NCBI GenBank assembly: GCA_009711805.1
Contig: VEMX01000028.1
Location: 59,307-123,306 of the forward strand
DNA: 64,000 nt
Direction: 5' to 3'
DNA from: Balneolaceae bacterium
Lineage (GTDB): Bacteria > Bacteroidota > Rhodothermia > Balneolales > Balneolaceae
In this document: positions 1-11,258 of the stretch, one piece after another
Position numbering within the stretch: position 1 is the stretch's first letter
Layout of the letters: the number at the start of each line of letters is the position of its first letter
Program-made: the position numbers and the translations under genes
The notes under the pieces: model-generated
The model's input: the letters and a program-made list of their open reading frames with translations, nothing else
Databases searched by the model: none
What the model was told of the DNA's origin: nothing

Positions 1-1941
1 GTACATATAAACGGTGCTATTAAAGGAGAAAATGCAGGACAAGCATTTGTAAATGGCGAAACCATAAGCTGGGATGCCAGTGCCACTGCAACTCTTGAAA
101 ACGTAGGAGGCGACTATTGGGAAGGAACTTATCAGATGATCAAAGGAGATACTCTTCTCTACAAATATCGCTATTACAACACCGATACAGAAGCTTCGGA
201 TGATGAAAATGGATTCGCAACAGATAATAACCCGGCTGGCTGGGACACAAGAGGTGTTGTCATTTCATCCGATACCGTTCTATCTATTGATTATTTCAAT
301 GAAAGATCAGATTCACCTGAACCGGAAGATGTAAAACCATTTACATCAGTTGAAGACAGCCTCACTGTATATTTCAGAGTAAATGTGGCAGCACAAGTTC
401 AGGATCAATCATTTGATCCGGCTACAGATTCAGTAGGTGTGCGGGGTAATCCGGTATTTTTTAATAACCCAGGCGACTGGAGTTCTTCAGCCTTCCATCT
501 TGAACAGGATGCCGTGAATGAAGAGAATTATTTCTATAGCGGCTATGCCCGTATTCACAAAGATTCTGCTGCAGCAATCACAGATCCCGTAATCTTTAAA
601 TATGTACTGGAAGATGATGAAGGTTCTGTAATATGGGATAACAGAGACGATAGATCATTTTCTATACCAAGTGCTGATACCACTCTGCAGTGGGTTTATT
701 TCAGTGATACACCACCCACAACTGCTGAAATTGTAGAAACCAATCTCAATTTTGAAGTGAATGTGGGTATTCTTGAAGGACTGGGTTTCTTTAACTCAGC
801 TATAGATACCGTTTTTGTACGAGGTACCTTTAACGGTTGGGGAACGAGCGATCAGATGGCCTTTAACTCTTTTTCCGGTAATTATGATGCTTCGGTTCCT
901 CATACCGGGGCTGTAGATTCGGAAGTAGGCTATAAGTACTATGTGAAGTGGGATGAACGAAGAGATGATTCCGAAAGTGAATTTTATCTTCCGCAGATTA
1001 CCCATGATGGCTCAGGATGGGAAGAACCCGGTGTTACCGGAGGAGCCGACCGAACCTTTACGCTTACATCCGATGCCGACCAGGAAACACAGAATAATTT
1101 TTATAATGGGGTAGAACCCAAGGCGTTGATAACCTCGGATAATGTAGAAAATGGAGCCATTACCGTTACATTTTCTATTAATATGACTCCTGCTTTAACC
1201 TATGAGGCTGATCCGTTTATTCCCGAATCAGACTCGGTATACTTGTTTGTTGATACTCCATTTTTTGCCTTAACAAACGATATAGTGGTTCCCGGTGATG
1301 ACGGAGGAAACTTTATTTCTCAGTCAGAAGAAGAGATCGAACGTCTGCGTTTTACCGATGCCGATGGTGACAGTGTGTATACACTGGATCTGGAATTAAC
1401 ACTCCCCACCCTGAACCATATTGGCTTTAGAATTGCTTACGGTTCAGCTCTGGATGAAAACGGAGAGCTACTGGCAAACGGGGGTGGTTTCGATGCCGGC
1501 CGGCGCCATTATCAGTATGTACAGCCGAATGTAGATTCGGAAGGAAATGTAACATGGCCATCTACTTACACCATGGCTACTCTTGACTGGAAACGGGACG
1601 ATCTGCCCTGGGAAACCCCACCAGACTATTCCGAGACTACAACTTCGAATGAAGATGATGATACAGGAACACCAAGAACCTTTGCATTGTCTCAGAACTA
1701 CCCGAACCCATTCAACCCAACTACAACCATCAACTTTACATTAGGCACTGCTGCCGACGTAAACCTGACGGTATATAACTTGTTGGGACAAAGAGTATCT
1801 ACCCTGGTAAATAACAAGAAGTTGAATTCTGGTACTCACGCTATTAGTTTTGATGCTTCAAATTTATCATCAGGTATATATTTCTACCGAATTGAAGCAG
1901 GAGACTTTATCCAGCAGAAAAAAATGACACTTATTAAATAG
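1..1941 (+). CDS. Secreted multi-domain protein with CBM-like beta-sandwich repeats and a T9SS C-terminal sorting domain. The 5' end lies upstream of the window.
   Basis: Frame 1 is open from nt 1 with no stop before the first ATG at 136, so the gene is cut by the window edge. The C-terminus [19 protein letters not shown]...[19 protein letters not shown] is a typical Por/T9SS CTD. Three internally similar modules (VYFRVNV..VGVRGN..W; [18 protein letters not shown]; ITVTFSINM) look like starch-binding-type beta sandwiches. Confidence 0.75.
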   Translation, partial: VHINGAIKGENAGQAFVNGETISWDASATATLENVGGDYWEGTYQMIKGDTLLYKYRYYNTDTEASDDENGFATDNNPAGWDTRGVVISSDTVLSIDYFNERSDSPEPEDVKPFTSVEDSLTVYFRVNVAAQVQDQSFDPATDSVGVRGNPVFFNNPGDWSSSAFHLEQDAVNEENYFYSGYARIHKDSAAAITDPVIFKYVLEDDEGSVIWDNRDDRSFSIPSADTTLQWVYFSDTPPTTAEIVETNLNFEVNVGILEGLGFFNSAIDTVFVRGTFNGWGTSDQMAFNSFSGNYDASVPHTGAVDSEVGYKYYVKWDERRDDSESEFYLPQITHDGSGWEEPGVTGGADRTFTLTSDADQETQNNFYNGVEPKALITSDNVENGAITVTFSINMTPALTYEADPFIPESDSVYLFVDTPFFALTNDIVVPGDDGGNFISQSEEEIERLRFTDADGDSVYTLDLELTLPTLNHIGFRIAYGSALDENGELLANGGGFDAGRRHYQYVQPNVDSEGNVTWPSTYTMATLDWKRDDLPWETPPDYSETTTSNEDDDTGTPRTFALSQNYPNPFNPTTTINFTLGTAADVNLTVYNLLGQRVSTLVNNKKLNSGTHAISFDASNLSSGIYFYRIEAGDFIQQKKMTLIK

Positions 1942-1961
1942 AAACACTTTACATAAACTTT

Positions 1962-1991
1962 CACAGGTGTTTTGAAAGGCACCTGTGTTTT
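1962..1991 (+). terminator. Intrinsic terminator-like hairpin after the CBM/T9SS gene
   Basis: cacaggtg (1962-1969) pairs perfectly with cacctgtg (1980-1987) across a 10-nt loop, followed by tttt. It lies 21 nt after the stop at 1941. Confidence 0.6.
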
Positions 1992-3022
1992 CACAAAACC
2001 ATACAGATTTGGCAGCAACAATATACGACATAGCAAAAAAAGCAGGGGTAAGCATCGCTACAGTTTCCCGGGTGTTTAATCAAAGCACCAAGGTTTCTGA
2101 GTCGACCAGAAAAAAAATACTTGCTATAGCCGATGAAGTAGGTTATCACCCCCGTGCACATGCCCAGGGATTGGCAAGCCGCAAAAGTAACTTAGTAATG
2201 GTAGTAGTACCTGTGATTTCCAATTACTTCTTTATGGAAGTATTGGGAGGGATCCAGGATAAGCTAAGCGAACAAAATTACGAGCTCAGTATTTTTAATA
2301 TATCTCCCAATAAGGATGCCGCCGAACAGGTTGGCCATGTAATGAAACGGAGATGGGCGGAAGGTTATCTCTTTATTTCCATTCACCTGCAGAATGAGCA
2401 GTGGGAGCAGCTAAAAAAATATAATGTCCCCATCACTCTTGTAGATGAACACTTCGAAGGATTTGATTCCGTTTCCGTTGATAATGAGCAGGGGGCATAC
2501 CGGGCGGTAAAAAGTTTCCTGGAAATGGATTACAAACGCATTGCAATGCTGTCTGCTCTGGAAACGTCTAAACCAATCAGTAACCGGATAACAGGTTACA
2601 AAAAAGCCCTGCAAGAATATGACGTTCCTTTTGACGAAAGGCTTATTATCGAAGGTAACAGTATGTACCGCGATGGTTTCACCGAGAAAGCCGGCTATGA
2701 AGCCATGAAAAAAATTCTGGAAATAAATCCCATGCCAGACGCCTGTTTCTGTGCTTCTGATATACAAGCAGTAGGCGCCCTTAAGGCAATGATGGACACC
2801 GGGAAGAAAATCCCCATTATTGGATACGATGATATTGAGTTGGCCGAGTACATTGGACTCTCCACTATCCGCCAGCCAATGAGAGATATGGGTTTCTTTG
2901 CCACCCAAAACCTGATCGACCGGATGAACAACCCCCAAAAAGCGATCTCCCAGACTATTTATACCCCGGAACTGGTAGAACGTACATCCACATCTACTTT
3001 TAAGGATCTGAAAGCCAAATAA
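1985..3022 (+). CDS. LacI-family transcriptional regulator; true start probably TTG at 2009
   Basis: N-terminal HTH TIYDIAKKAGVSIATVSRVFN followed by a periplasmic-binding-protein-like sugar-binding core. The GTG at 1985 lies inside the upstream terminator stem. TTG at 2009 gives AATIYDIAKK, a typical LacI N-terminus. Confidence 0.88.
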   Translation: MFSQNHTDLAATIYDIAKKAGVSIATVSRVFNQSTKVSESTRKKILAIADEVGYHPRAHAQGLASRKSNLVMVVVPVISNYFFMEVLGGIQDKLSEQNYELSIFNISPNKDAAEQVGHVMKRRWAEGYLFISIHLQNEQWEQLKKYNVPITLVDEHFEGFDSVSVDNEQGAYRAVKSFLEMDYKRIAMLSALETSKPISNRITGYKKALQEYDVPFDERLIIEGNSMYRDGFTEKAGYEAMKKILEINPMPDACFCASDIQAVGALKAMMDTGKKIPIIGYDDIELAEYIGLSTIRQPMRDMGFFATQNLIDRMNNPQKAISQTIYTPELVERTSTSTFKDLKAK

Positions 3023-3032
3023 AGGAACCCCT

Positions 3033-5927
3033 ATGAAACTGCTGAAGATAGTCTTTTGTATAGGACTGGTTTTCTTAACAAATAATGTGACTGCCCAGGA
3101 TTCCCTGGATGTCACTTTCCGATATACCGCTACCGAAAATACTCTTCGGGCTTTTGTACCCGGTGAGTTTAACAACTGGGGGAATAATACAAATGGACGC
3201 ATACCCACAGATGACGGGTCATTAATGATTAAAGATCAACAACAGGGGTATTGGTATAAAACAATTCGCCTGGAAGTTGGCGGGGGGGGAGCAACGCATG
3301 AAGGAGCTTCAGGTTATGCATATAAGTTTCATGAACAGTACAACAGTTCTGGCAGTGACTGGCAGTGGTTTTCCGATTCTTTAAACCCAATTACTGTAGG
3401 TAATTTGGGGGATTCATTTGTTGAAGTAACCCATCCATTTATTGCCCAGATGCAGCCGAAAATGAATGGGTTCCACCAGGATTCCCTTCCACAGCTTTGG
3501 GCAACCGTTTCGGCTAAGGATGAAGATCCCATCCAAAGTACCGAGTCCCGGATTTATATAAATGATGAACAGGTGGCTTCGTTTGAAAATTTCTATGATG
3601 CTGAAAGAAAACTCTTGCATATTGAATCCCCGGCCGATCTTAACATAGATCTGAATTATGGTTCCAATGAATTTAAAATTGTGGCAGTAACCGAAGCCGG
3701 TGCCATACGAACCGATTCAACTCAATTTAGTTATATTGCTGCTCCCGATGTTGTAGAACAAAGCCGCCCGGAAGGGTTGAGGGATGGGATCACCTATTCA
3801 ACAGAAAACGATAGCACGGTTTTCTTTTCACTATTTGCTCCCGCTAAAGAATTTGTATACCTGACCGGGGACTTTACTGACTGGACCGTACAGCCTGAGT
3901 TCCTGATGAAACGAGATTCGGTTAATGCCGACAGTGTTTGGTACTGGATAGAAATAAATGGCTTGACCCCCGGACAGGAATATGCCTTTCAATATTTTGT
4001 AAACGGTGAATTGAAAATAGCCGATCCCTATTCGGAATTGATACTCGATCCCTATAACGATGAATTTATACCTGGTGAGGTATATCCACAGCTTAAAGAT
4101 TATCCGGAAGGCAGCACTGAAGAGATTGCTGGGATTATACAGCCAGGGAAACAAGAATATGAATGGCAGGCTGCGAATTACCAGCGCCCAGCTAAAGAAA
4201 ATTTAGTTATTTATGAACTGCTGATTCGGGATTTTGTTGAAGATCACAATTACCACTCACTCATCGATACCCTCGATTACCTGGACAAACTGGGAATAAA
4301 TGCTATTGAACTGATGCCCGTAAATGAATTCGACGGCAATGAAAGCTGGGGGTATAATCCAAGTTTTCATTTAGCCCTCGACAAATATTATGGGACTCGG
4401 CAAGCATTTAAAGAGTTTGTTGATGAGGCACACAAAAGAGATATAGCGGTTATTCTGGATGTTGTGCTTAACCACGCAACAGGCCAGAACCCGCTTTATC
4501 GTTTGTATGAGATCAATAACCCTTACTTCAATAAGAATCCACGTCACGCCTATAATGTGTTTAACGATTTCAACCATCAGTATGCGGGAACCCAGTATTA
4601 TGTGAAGCGTGTGATTGAGCATTGGGTAAATGAATACAAGATTGATGGCTTTCGATGGGACTTAACCAAAGGATTTACCCAAAATTGTTCTGAAGGCGAT
4701 GGGGGATGTACAGGGGCATACCAGCAGGATCGTGTTGATGTACTAAAGCAATATGCCGATTACCAATGGGCAGCCGATCCGGATTTCATTGTTATTTTTG
4801 AACACCTGGGTACTGAAGATGAAGAGAAAGAATGGGTAAACTACCGCCTGAATGAAGGCAAAGGGGTTATGGTTTGGGGCAACATGAATTATCAATACAA
4901 CGAAGCCACTATGGGCTACGATTCTAATTTGTATGGGGTGCTCTCAGAGTCCAGAAGCAGTTTTAATGCCCGGCATTTGGTAGGCTATATGGAAAGTCAC
5001 GATGAACAGTGGCTGATGTTTAAGAACCGCAACTTTGGGAATTCTTCAGGCAATTATGACATAACAGAACTAAACACGGCTCTGAACCGGCAAAAGCTGG
5101 CCGGGGCTTTTTTCTTCACGCTTCCCGGCCCCAGGATGATATGGCAGTTTGGTGAATTGGGATATGGAGGAGGTCCGGGAGAGTGTCTTAAACCCGGAGG
5201 GGGAGACAGCGGCGACTGCAGTGCGAGCGATCCCGGTCGTGTAAGCCCCAAACCTATCCGGTGGGATTACTACAACAATCCGGATACTCCCGAACGTCTC
5301 AAACTGTACAAAACCTGGAGTGCGTTAATCCAACTCCGGCTAAGCAGCCCGGTATTTACTGACCCGGAAAGTGAGAGCTATTCTCTGTCGGGATCGGTAA
5401 AAACAGTTACTCTTGAACACGAAGATTCGGATGTGGTTATCGCAGGGAACTTTGGGGTGAATGCCGTCACTTTTGAGGCTGAATTCACTACAACAGGTAC
5501 TTGGTATGATTTTTTTACAGGAACACCCATCGACGTCACTCAAACGGAGGAAGAGATATACCTGGAACCGGGGAAATTTAAAATCTATACCAGCAGGGAG
5601 TTTGAGACTCCTGAACAGGATATTGTTACTTCCAAAGAGCAAGAAACAGCGGACGGGGTACCTGCTGAGTTCAGTTTATCACAGAACTACCCGAATCCGT
5701 TTAATCCTTCCACAACCTTTAGTTATGAAATCCCCTCAGCAACACATGTTGTTCTTGAGATTTTTGATGTAACAGGAAGGCAGGTAGCTGAGCTTGTAAA
5801 CAAACGAAAGACTGCCGGAATATATACGGTACGATATAATGCCAGCCACCTGGGAAGCGGAGTTTATATATACAGATTGCGGGCCGGCGAAAAGGTTATG
5901 AGTCGAAAAATGATCCTCATTAAATAA
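3033..5927 (+). CDS. GH13 alpha-amylase-family enzyme (pullulanase/branching-enzyme-like architecture), secreted via T9SS
   Basis: Signal peptide MKLLKIVFCIGLVFLTNNVTAQ. GH13 conserved regions DVVLNHA, DGFRWDLTKG, IVIFEHLG and YMESHDE. C-terminal [17 protein letters not shown]...GVYIYRLRAGEK..KMILIK is a T9SS CTD. Confidence 0.9.
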   Translation: MKLLKIVFCIGLVFLTNNVTAQDSLDVTFRYTATENTLRAFVPGEFNNWGNNTNGRIPTDDGSLMIKDQQQGYWYKTIRLEVGGGGATHEGASGYAYKFHEQYNSSGSDWQWFSDSLNPITVGNLGDSFVEVTHPFIAQMQPKMNGFHQDSLPQLWATVSAKDEDPIQSTESRIYINDEQVASFENFYDAERKLLHIESPADLNIDLNYGSNEFKIVAVTEAGAIRTDSTQFSYIAAPDVVEQSRPEGLRDGITYSTENDSTVFFSLFAPAKEFVYLTGDFTDWTVQPEFLMKRDSVNADSVWYWIEINGLTPGQEYAFQYFVNGELKIADPYSELILDPYNDEFIPGEVYPQLKDYPEGSTEEIAGIIQPGKQEYEWQAANYQRPAKENLVIYELLIRDFVEDHNYHSLIDTLDYLDKLGINAIELMPVNEFDGNESWGYNPSFHLALDKYYGTRQAFKEFVDEAHKRDIAVILDVVLNHATGQNPLYRLYEINNPYFNKNPRHAYNVFNDFNHQYAGTQYYVKRVIEHWVNEYKIDGFRWDLTKGFTQNCSEGDGGCTGAYQQDRVDVLKQYADYQWAADPDFIVIFEHLGTEDEEKEWVNYRLNEGKGVMVWGNMNYQYNEATMGYDSNLYGVLSESRSSFNARHLVGYMESHDEQWLMFKNRNFGNSSGNYDITELNTALNRQKLAGAFFFTLPGPRMIWQFGELGYGGGPGECLKPGGGDSGDCSASDPGRVSPKPIRWDYYNNPDTPERLKLYKTWSALIQLRLSSPVFTDPESESYSLSGSVKTVTLEHEDSDVVIAGNFGVNAVTFEAEFTTTGTWYDFFTGTPIDVTQTEEEIYLEPGKFKIYTSREFETPEQDIVTSKEQETADGVPAEFSLSQNYPNPFNPSTTFSYEIPSATHVVLEIFDVTGRQVAELVNKRKTAGIYTVRYNASHLGSGVYIYRLRAGEKVMSRKMILIK

Positions 5928-5935
5928 GTCCGAAT

Positions 5936-8320
5936 ATGATGAAACGTCAGTGGAACAAATCAATACAATATTCAGCCCTGCTAATTATTGCGTTGGCCAT
6001 GATAGCTACAGCATGTACGCAGCAGGAGAATTTCCCCAAAGCCTCCCAAATGGTAGGCCTGGCAACTCCCATTACCCTGGATTACGGGCAAACAAGTATT
6101 TTAACCCAGGATTATTTCATAGATCATACCCGTATAGATTCCGTTACTTCCCCAAAAGGGTTAACAGCTGAGCTAAATGGTGATAAAAGCGAAGTACTTT
6201 TAAAGGGAAATCTTCCACAAAAAATGGGGGTGTTGGCATACTGGCTGAACGGTACAGCCTATCATCAGTTAATTAAGGAATCTGCCAAGCAAGAGCTTAC
6301 CATAACTTTTGATCCCCGGGGAGAAGAATATGAAGTAGTACAGCTGAAAGGAGAAATGAACCGATGGAATCCGTCTTCTACCGTGCTTGAGAAGGAAGGA
6401 GATCTGTGGAAAACTACCATGTTGGTGAACCGGGGAGTGTACCAGTATTTATTTGTAGTGGATGGAAAGGAAATGTTGGATCCATCTAATCCGGAAACTG
6501 TTCCCAACGGGCTTGGTGGTACAAATTCACTATTAAGAGTAGGGAAGCCGCCTGCAGAATTATGGCTTCAAACCCATGAAGAGGATGGAGGAAGCGTATC
6601 TCTGAAATCGGAAGCTGCAGAGAATGTGATGGTATTGTGGCAAAACCATCTGCTTGAACCGAAAGTGGAAAAGGAAATAGCAACAGTTAAAATTCCAGAT
6701 GCGGCCTCTTCTATGGAGCGGTCTTATATCCGGGCCTGGACCTTCGATGAGCAGAGTGTATCTAACGATGTGCTCATTCCTCTGGAGTATGGGGCGATCG
6801 TGAATCAGTCGAATCAACTTAACCGGCACGACCTGGAAAACTGGAACATGTATTTTGTGCTTATTGACCGTTTTAAGGATGGAAATCCATCCAATACAAG
6901 AAAAGTGGATGATCCACAGATTCACCCTAAAGCAAACTATTATGGTGGCGACCTGGAAGGGATCATTCAAACTATAGAAAGCGGATATTTTAAAAACATT
7001 GGCGTAAATAGTTTATGGCTTTCTCCCATTACACAAAATCCTGAAGGAGCTTATGGTCTTTGGGATAAAGGCGGTGTTACCACAACCTTTTCCGGTTATC
7101 ATGGCTACTGGCCCATATCTTCGTCAAAAGTGGACGACAGATTTGGTTCCGGGGAGAAATTCCAGGAATTGCTGGATGTAGCCCACCGCCATGGTATGAA
7201 TGTGATCCTGGATTATGTGGCCAATCATGTGCACGAACTGCATCCGGTATACCAAAAGCATAAAGACTGGGCTACAGATTTGTACCTGCCGGATGGGAGA
7301 TTGAATACCGAACTCTGGGAAGAACAGCGCCTGACCACCTGGTTCGATACTTTTATGCCTACCCTTGATTTTTCCCGTCCCGAGGTTATTGAAACCATGA
7401 GTGACTCAGCGCTTTTTTGGGTCAAAGAGTATGACCTGGATGGTTTTCGACATGATGCCACCAAGCATATTCAGCTCGAATTCTGGAGAACACTGACAAA
7501 AAAAATAAAAGATTCAGTTATAGTTCCTCAAAACAGGAAGGTGTTCCAAATAGGAGAGACTTACGGAAGCCGGGAACTCATAGCCAGCTATATCAATTCC
7601 GGGTTGCTGGATAGCCAGTTCGACTTTAACATTTTTGATGCAAGCGTAAATTCGTTTGGCAAGGGCGTTTCATTTGAAAGCCTTGAAACACAAATGAACG
7701 AAAGCTTTAAATACTATGGGTATCATAATAAAATGGGCTACATATCAGGTAATCATGACAAAACCCGGTTTATTACCCTGACCAGCGGAGAGGTAAGCTG
7801 GGGGGAAGATGGTAAACTGGCCGGCTGGACAAGAGAAATAGAATCACCGCAGGCTTTTGCTTACGATCGTTTGAGTATGCTGCATGCGTTTAATCAAACC
7901 ATTCCCGGTATCCCCGTTACGTATTATGGAGATGAATTTGGAATGTCCGGAGCTAACGATCCGGACAACCGCAGGTGGATGAGGTTTGCCGAAGAGGATC
8001 TTTCTGAGCTTGAACTGAGAAACCGAAATATATTCACCAAACTTGCCAAACTCCGAAATAGTCATATGGCACTGCTATATGGCGATTTCCGGTTTCATAT
8101 TACCGAAGAGAATACCATGGCATATTCCAGGGCATACTTTGGGAATCAAGTGATAGCGGTTTATAATAAATCGAACCGGCAGGAACAGGTTTTAGTATCC
8201 CTGAGAAGAGGTTTTGATTATGCCGAACTTAAAGCTGAGTTTGGTTCTGATTTTGAGATAGAAGACGGAGTGCTAACTATTACACTTCCCGCCAATAGTT
8301 TTGAATTGTTAACTTTATAA
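5936..8320 (+). CDS. GH13 alpha-amylase-family lipoprotein (SusG/cyclomaltodextrinase-like)
   Basis: Lipoprotein signal LLIIALAMIATAC. GH13 regions ILDYVANHV, DGFRHDATKH, FQIGETYG and SGNHDKTRF. Confidence 0.9.
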   Translation: MMKRQWNKSIQYSALLIIALAMIATACTQQENFPKASQMVGLATPITLDYGQTSILTQDYFIDHTRIDSVTSPKGLTAELNGDKSEVLLKGNLPQKMGVLAYWLNGTAYHQLIKESAKQELTITFDPRGEEYEVVQLKGEMNRWNPSSTVLEKEGDLWKTTMLVNRGVYQYLFVVDGKEMLDPSNPETVPNGLGGTNSLLRVGKPPAELWLQTHEEDGGSVSLKSEAAENVMVLWQNHLLEPKVEKEIATVKIPDAASSMERSYIRAWTFDEQSVSNDVLIPLEYGAIVNQSNQLNRHDLENWNMYFVLIDRFKDGNPSNTRKVDDPQIHPKANYYGGDLEGIIQTIESGYFKNIGVNSLWLSPITQNPEGAYGLWDKGGVTTTFSGYHGYWPISSSKVDDRFGSGEKFQELLDVAHRHGMNVILDYVANHVHELHPVYQKHKDWATDLYLPDGRLNTELWEEQRLTTWFDTFMPTLDFSRPEVIETMSDSALFWVKEYDLDGFRHDATKHIQLEFWRTLTKKIKDSVIVPQNRKVFQIGETYGSRELIASYINSGLLDSQFDFNIFDASVNSFGKGVSFESLETQMNESFKYYGYHNKMGYISGNHDKTRFITLTSGEVSWGEDGKLAGWTREIESPQAFAYDRLSMLHAFNQTIPGIPVTYYGDEFGMSGANDPDNRRWMRFAEEDLSELELRNRNIFTKLAKLRNSHMALLYGDFRFHITEENTMAYSRAYFGNQVIAVYNKSNRQEQVLVSLRRGFDYAELKAEFGSDFEIEDGVLTITLPANSFELLTL

Positions 8321-8331
8321 GACCAAATTTA

Positions 8332-9702
8332 ATGAAACGATTTTTCAGCCTTCCTTTAATACTTGTTCTGTTAAGTGTGTTTGTAAAATGCAACCAAGCC
8401 GAACAGCAAACGGAAGAAAAAACAGCAGTCCCCAAGAGCTCCGTAGAACAGCTGGAATGGAGCAAAAATTCCAGTATATATGAAATCAATGTCCGCCAAT
8501 ATTCCGAGGAAGGAACTTTTGATGCGGTAAGAGAAGATCTGCCGCGGCTTAAAAAAATGGGAGTACAGATTTTATGGTTCATGCCCATACATCCCATTGG
8601 AGCAAAGAACCGAAAAGGGACTTTGGGAAGCTACTATTCGGTACAAGACTACAAAGAGGTGCATCCCGCCTATGGTACTAAAGAAGATTTCCGGCGTTTT
8701 GTAGATGAAGCGCATGAGATGGGTTTTAAGGTAATTATAGACTGGGTGGCCAATCATACCGCCTGGGACAATCCCTGGACAGAAAACAAAAGCTGGTATG
8801 TGCTGGATGAAGAAGGGGGTTTTATGCCTCCGCGGGGCACCGACTGGACCGATGTGATTCAGCTGGATTACGAGAATGAGGAGATGCGGGCAGCGATGAA
8901 AGATGCACTGGAATATTGGGTGCGTGAGTTTGACATCGATGGCTACCGCTGTGATGTAGCCGGAATGGTTCCAACCGACTTCTGGAAAGATGCCATAGCA
9001 TCTCTGAATGAAATAAAACCAGTGTTTATGCTTGCCGAAGATGGAGAGCCAGAGCTATTGATAGAAGCTTTTCAGATGAATTATGCATGGCAATATGCTC
9101 ATGTAATTCGGGAAATAGCAAAAGGCAAACAATCCCTGGATGATTTGAGCAAGTTGATGGCAGAGACCAAAGCCAATTATCCCCCCTCATCCTATAGAAT
9201 GTATTTTACATCTAATCATGATGAAAACTCCTGGAAAGGAGCAGATACAACCTTGTATGGAGATAATTTCCAAAATTTTGCTGTACTATCGGCTACTATT
9301 TCAGGAATGCCGCTTATTTATAACGGCCAGGAATCCGGATTGGATAAGCAGTTGGAGTTTTTTGAAAAAGATCCCATTGAATGGAAAGATTATAAGTACC
9401 AGGATTTTTATACAAGCCTGGTCCGTTTAAAAGGGCAGGAGCCAGCGCTTTGGAATGGTGACTTTGGCGGGGAACTGGAAATTCTCGAAATGCCGGAGGG
9501 AATGTATGCCTATAAAAGAGTAAAAGGAAACAGTGAAGTAGTGGTAGCATTGAATTTCAATTCCAAAGCAGGGATGTACCCGGTTAAGTTATCAACACTG
9601 GGAGTGGATGAATCATATACTGTATATAACTCACGCAATATGATGGTTACTTCGGAGGAAGTGAACCTAAATGCCAATGAATGGATCATCTTTGTTAAAT
9701 AG
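8332..9702 (+). CDS. GH13 alpha-amylase (compact, exported or lipoprotein)
   Basis: Signal with LLSVFVKC. GH13 regions IIDWVANHTA, DGYRCDVAGMV, MLAEDGE and FTSNHDENS. Confidence 0.9.
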   Translation: MKRFFSLPLILVLLSVFVKCNQAEQQTEEKTAVPKSSVEQLEWSKNSSIYEINVRQYSEEGTFDAVREDLPRLKKMGVQILWFMPIHPIGAKNRKGTLGSYYSVQDYKEVHPAYGTKEDFRRFVDEAHEMGFKVIIDWVANHTAWDNPWTENKSWYVLDEEGGFMPPRGTDWTDVIQLDYENEEMRAAMKDALEYWVREFDIDGYRCDVAGMVPTDFWKDAIASLNEIKPVFMLAEDGEPELLIEAFQMNYAWQYAHVIREIAKGKQSLDDLSKLMAETKANYPPSSYRMYFTSNHDENSWKGADTTLYGDNFQNFAVLSATISGMPLIYNGQESGLDKQLEFFEKDPIEWKDYKYQDFYTSLVRLKGQEPALWNGDFGGELEILEMPEGMYAYKRVKGNSEVVVALNFNSKAGMYPVKLSTLGVDESYTVYNSRNMMVTSEEVNLNANEWIIFVK

Positions 9703-9725
9703 AACAGCATAATCCGGAGTCGTCT

Positions 9726-11258
9726 ATGAATGATGCAATAAAGAGAAAGCCCAGGCTGTCGTTTTGGGAAATTTGGAATATGAGCTTTGGCTTTTTGGGG
9801 ATACAGTTTGGTTTTGCCCTTCAAAATGCAAATGTAAGCCGTATTTTTGAAACCCTCGGTGCCAGCGTTGATGATATTCCCATCCTGTGGATTGCAGCTC
9901 CCTTAACCGGTTTAATTGTACAACCCATCATTGGTTACTTCAGCGATCAAACCTGGACGCGACTTGGAAGAAGGCGTCCGTATTTCCTGTTTGGAGCTAT
10001 ACTTGCATCCATTGCCCTGGTCATTATGCCCAATTCCCCGGTACTTTGGATAGCGGCCGGCATGCTCTGGATTATGGATGCCTCCATCAATGTGTCTATG
10101 GAACCTTTCCGGGCTTTTGTGGGGGATATGCTGCCATCCGAACAGCGAACAAAAGGTTTTGCCATGCAGAGCTTTTTTATAGGTACCGGAGCTGTTGTTG
10201 CTTCTCTGCTGCCCTGGATGCTGAACAACTGGCTGGGGGTGGCTAATACGGCCCCAGAGGGGATGATTCCTCCTTCCGTTAAATGGTCGTTTTACCTGGG
10301 AGCTGTTGCTTTTATAGGGGCGGTATCCTGGACGGTATACAAAACTAAAGAGTACTCGCCCGAAGAACTTGAACAGTTCGAACAAGCCGAAAAAGAAGAA
10401 ATCACTGATCCGGATGCCCTGCGAGAAGTGCCCATAGAAGCAGGAAAAGGGCAACAGAAAATGATGTTGGGGATTGTGTTTGCTGTTGTAGGTGTAATTA
10501 CTACCTACCTGACTTATACCTACCAACTGGATAAGGAAGTATATGTAGCTACCGGAGGGTTAAGCTCGGTGGGTTTGGTCGCTTTAATTGCAGGTTTTAT
10601 TCAAAAATCAGGCAAAACAAAAAATGGGTTGGTTGTGGTGATGCATGATTTTATTCACATGCCCAAAACCATGAAGCAGCTGGCGATTGTGCAGTTCTTT
10701 TCCTGGTTTGCCCTTTTTGCCATGTGGATTTATACCACATCGGGAGTAACCGCACATATTTACGGAACCAGTGATACAACCTCAGTGCTCTACAATCAAG
10801 GGGCCGACTGGGTGGGAGTGATGTTCGGTGTGTATAATGGAGTAGCCGCTATTGTAGCTTTTGGATTGGCTCCCCTGGCCAAAAAATTAAGCCGTAAGCT
10901 GGTACATGCCCTTTCCCTGATTTTAGGAGGTGCAGGCCTTATGCTCATCTATTTTATAACAGATCCTATGATGCTTATTATTTCCATGATTGGCGTGGGA
11001 ATAGCCTGGGCTTCTATCCTGGCAATGCCTTATGCTATACTGGCAGGTTCACTTCCGGCTCAGAAAATGGGGCTCTATATGGGAATCTTTAATTTCTTTA
11101 TTGTACTGCCTCAGCTGCTGGCTGCTACCATTCTGGGTTTTATAACCCGTACTTTCTTTAATGGTCAGGCAGTATATGCGCTGGTACTGGGAGGAGTTAT
11201 CATGATTGTAGCTGCTTTCAGCATGTATTTTGTAGACGATGTAGATGAAAAGAACTAA
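9726..11258 (+). CDS. MFS sugar transporter of GPH/SLC45 type (likely maltose/maltodextrin:cation symporter)
   Basis: Polytopic hydrophobic protein of 510 aa with RLGRRRPYFLFG after TM2, typical of glycoside-pentoside-hexuronide/SLC45-like carriers. It is embedded between GH13 genes. Confidence 0.85.
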   Translation: MNDAIKRKPRLSFWEIWNMSFGFLGIQFGFALQNANVSRIFETLGASVDDIPILWIAAPLTGLIVQPIIGYFSDQTWTRLGRRRPYFLFGAILASIALVIMPNSPVLWIAAGMLWIMDASINVSMEPFRAFVGDMLPSEQRTKGFAMQSFFIGTGAVVASLLPWMLNNWLGVANTAPEGMIPPSVKWSFYLGAVAFIGAVSWTVYKTKEYSPEELEQFEQAEKEEITDPDALREVPIEAGKGQQKMMLGIVFAVVGVITTYLTYTYQLDKEVYVATGGLSSVGLVALIAGFIQKSGKTKNGLVVVMHDFIHMPKTMKQLAIVQFFSWFALFAMWIYTTSGVTAHIYGTSDTTSVLYNQGADWVGVMFGVYNGVAAIVAFGLAPLAKKLSRKLVHALSLILGGAGLMLIYFITDPMMLIISMIGVGIAWASILAMPYAILAGSLPAQKMGLYMGIFNFFIVLPQLLAATILGFITRTFFNGQAVYALVLGGVIMIVAAFSMYFVDDVDEKN

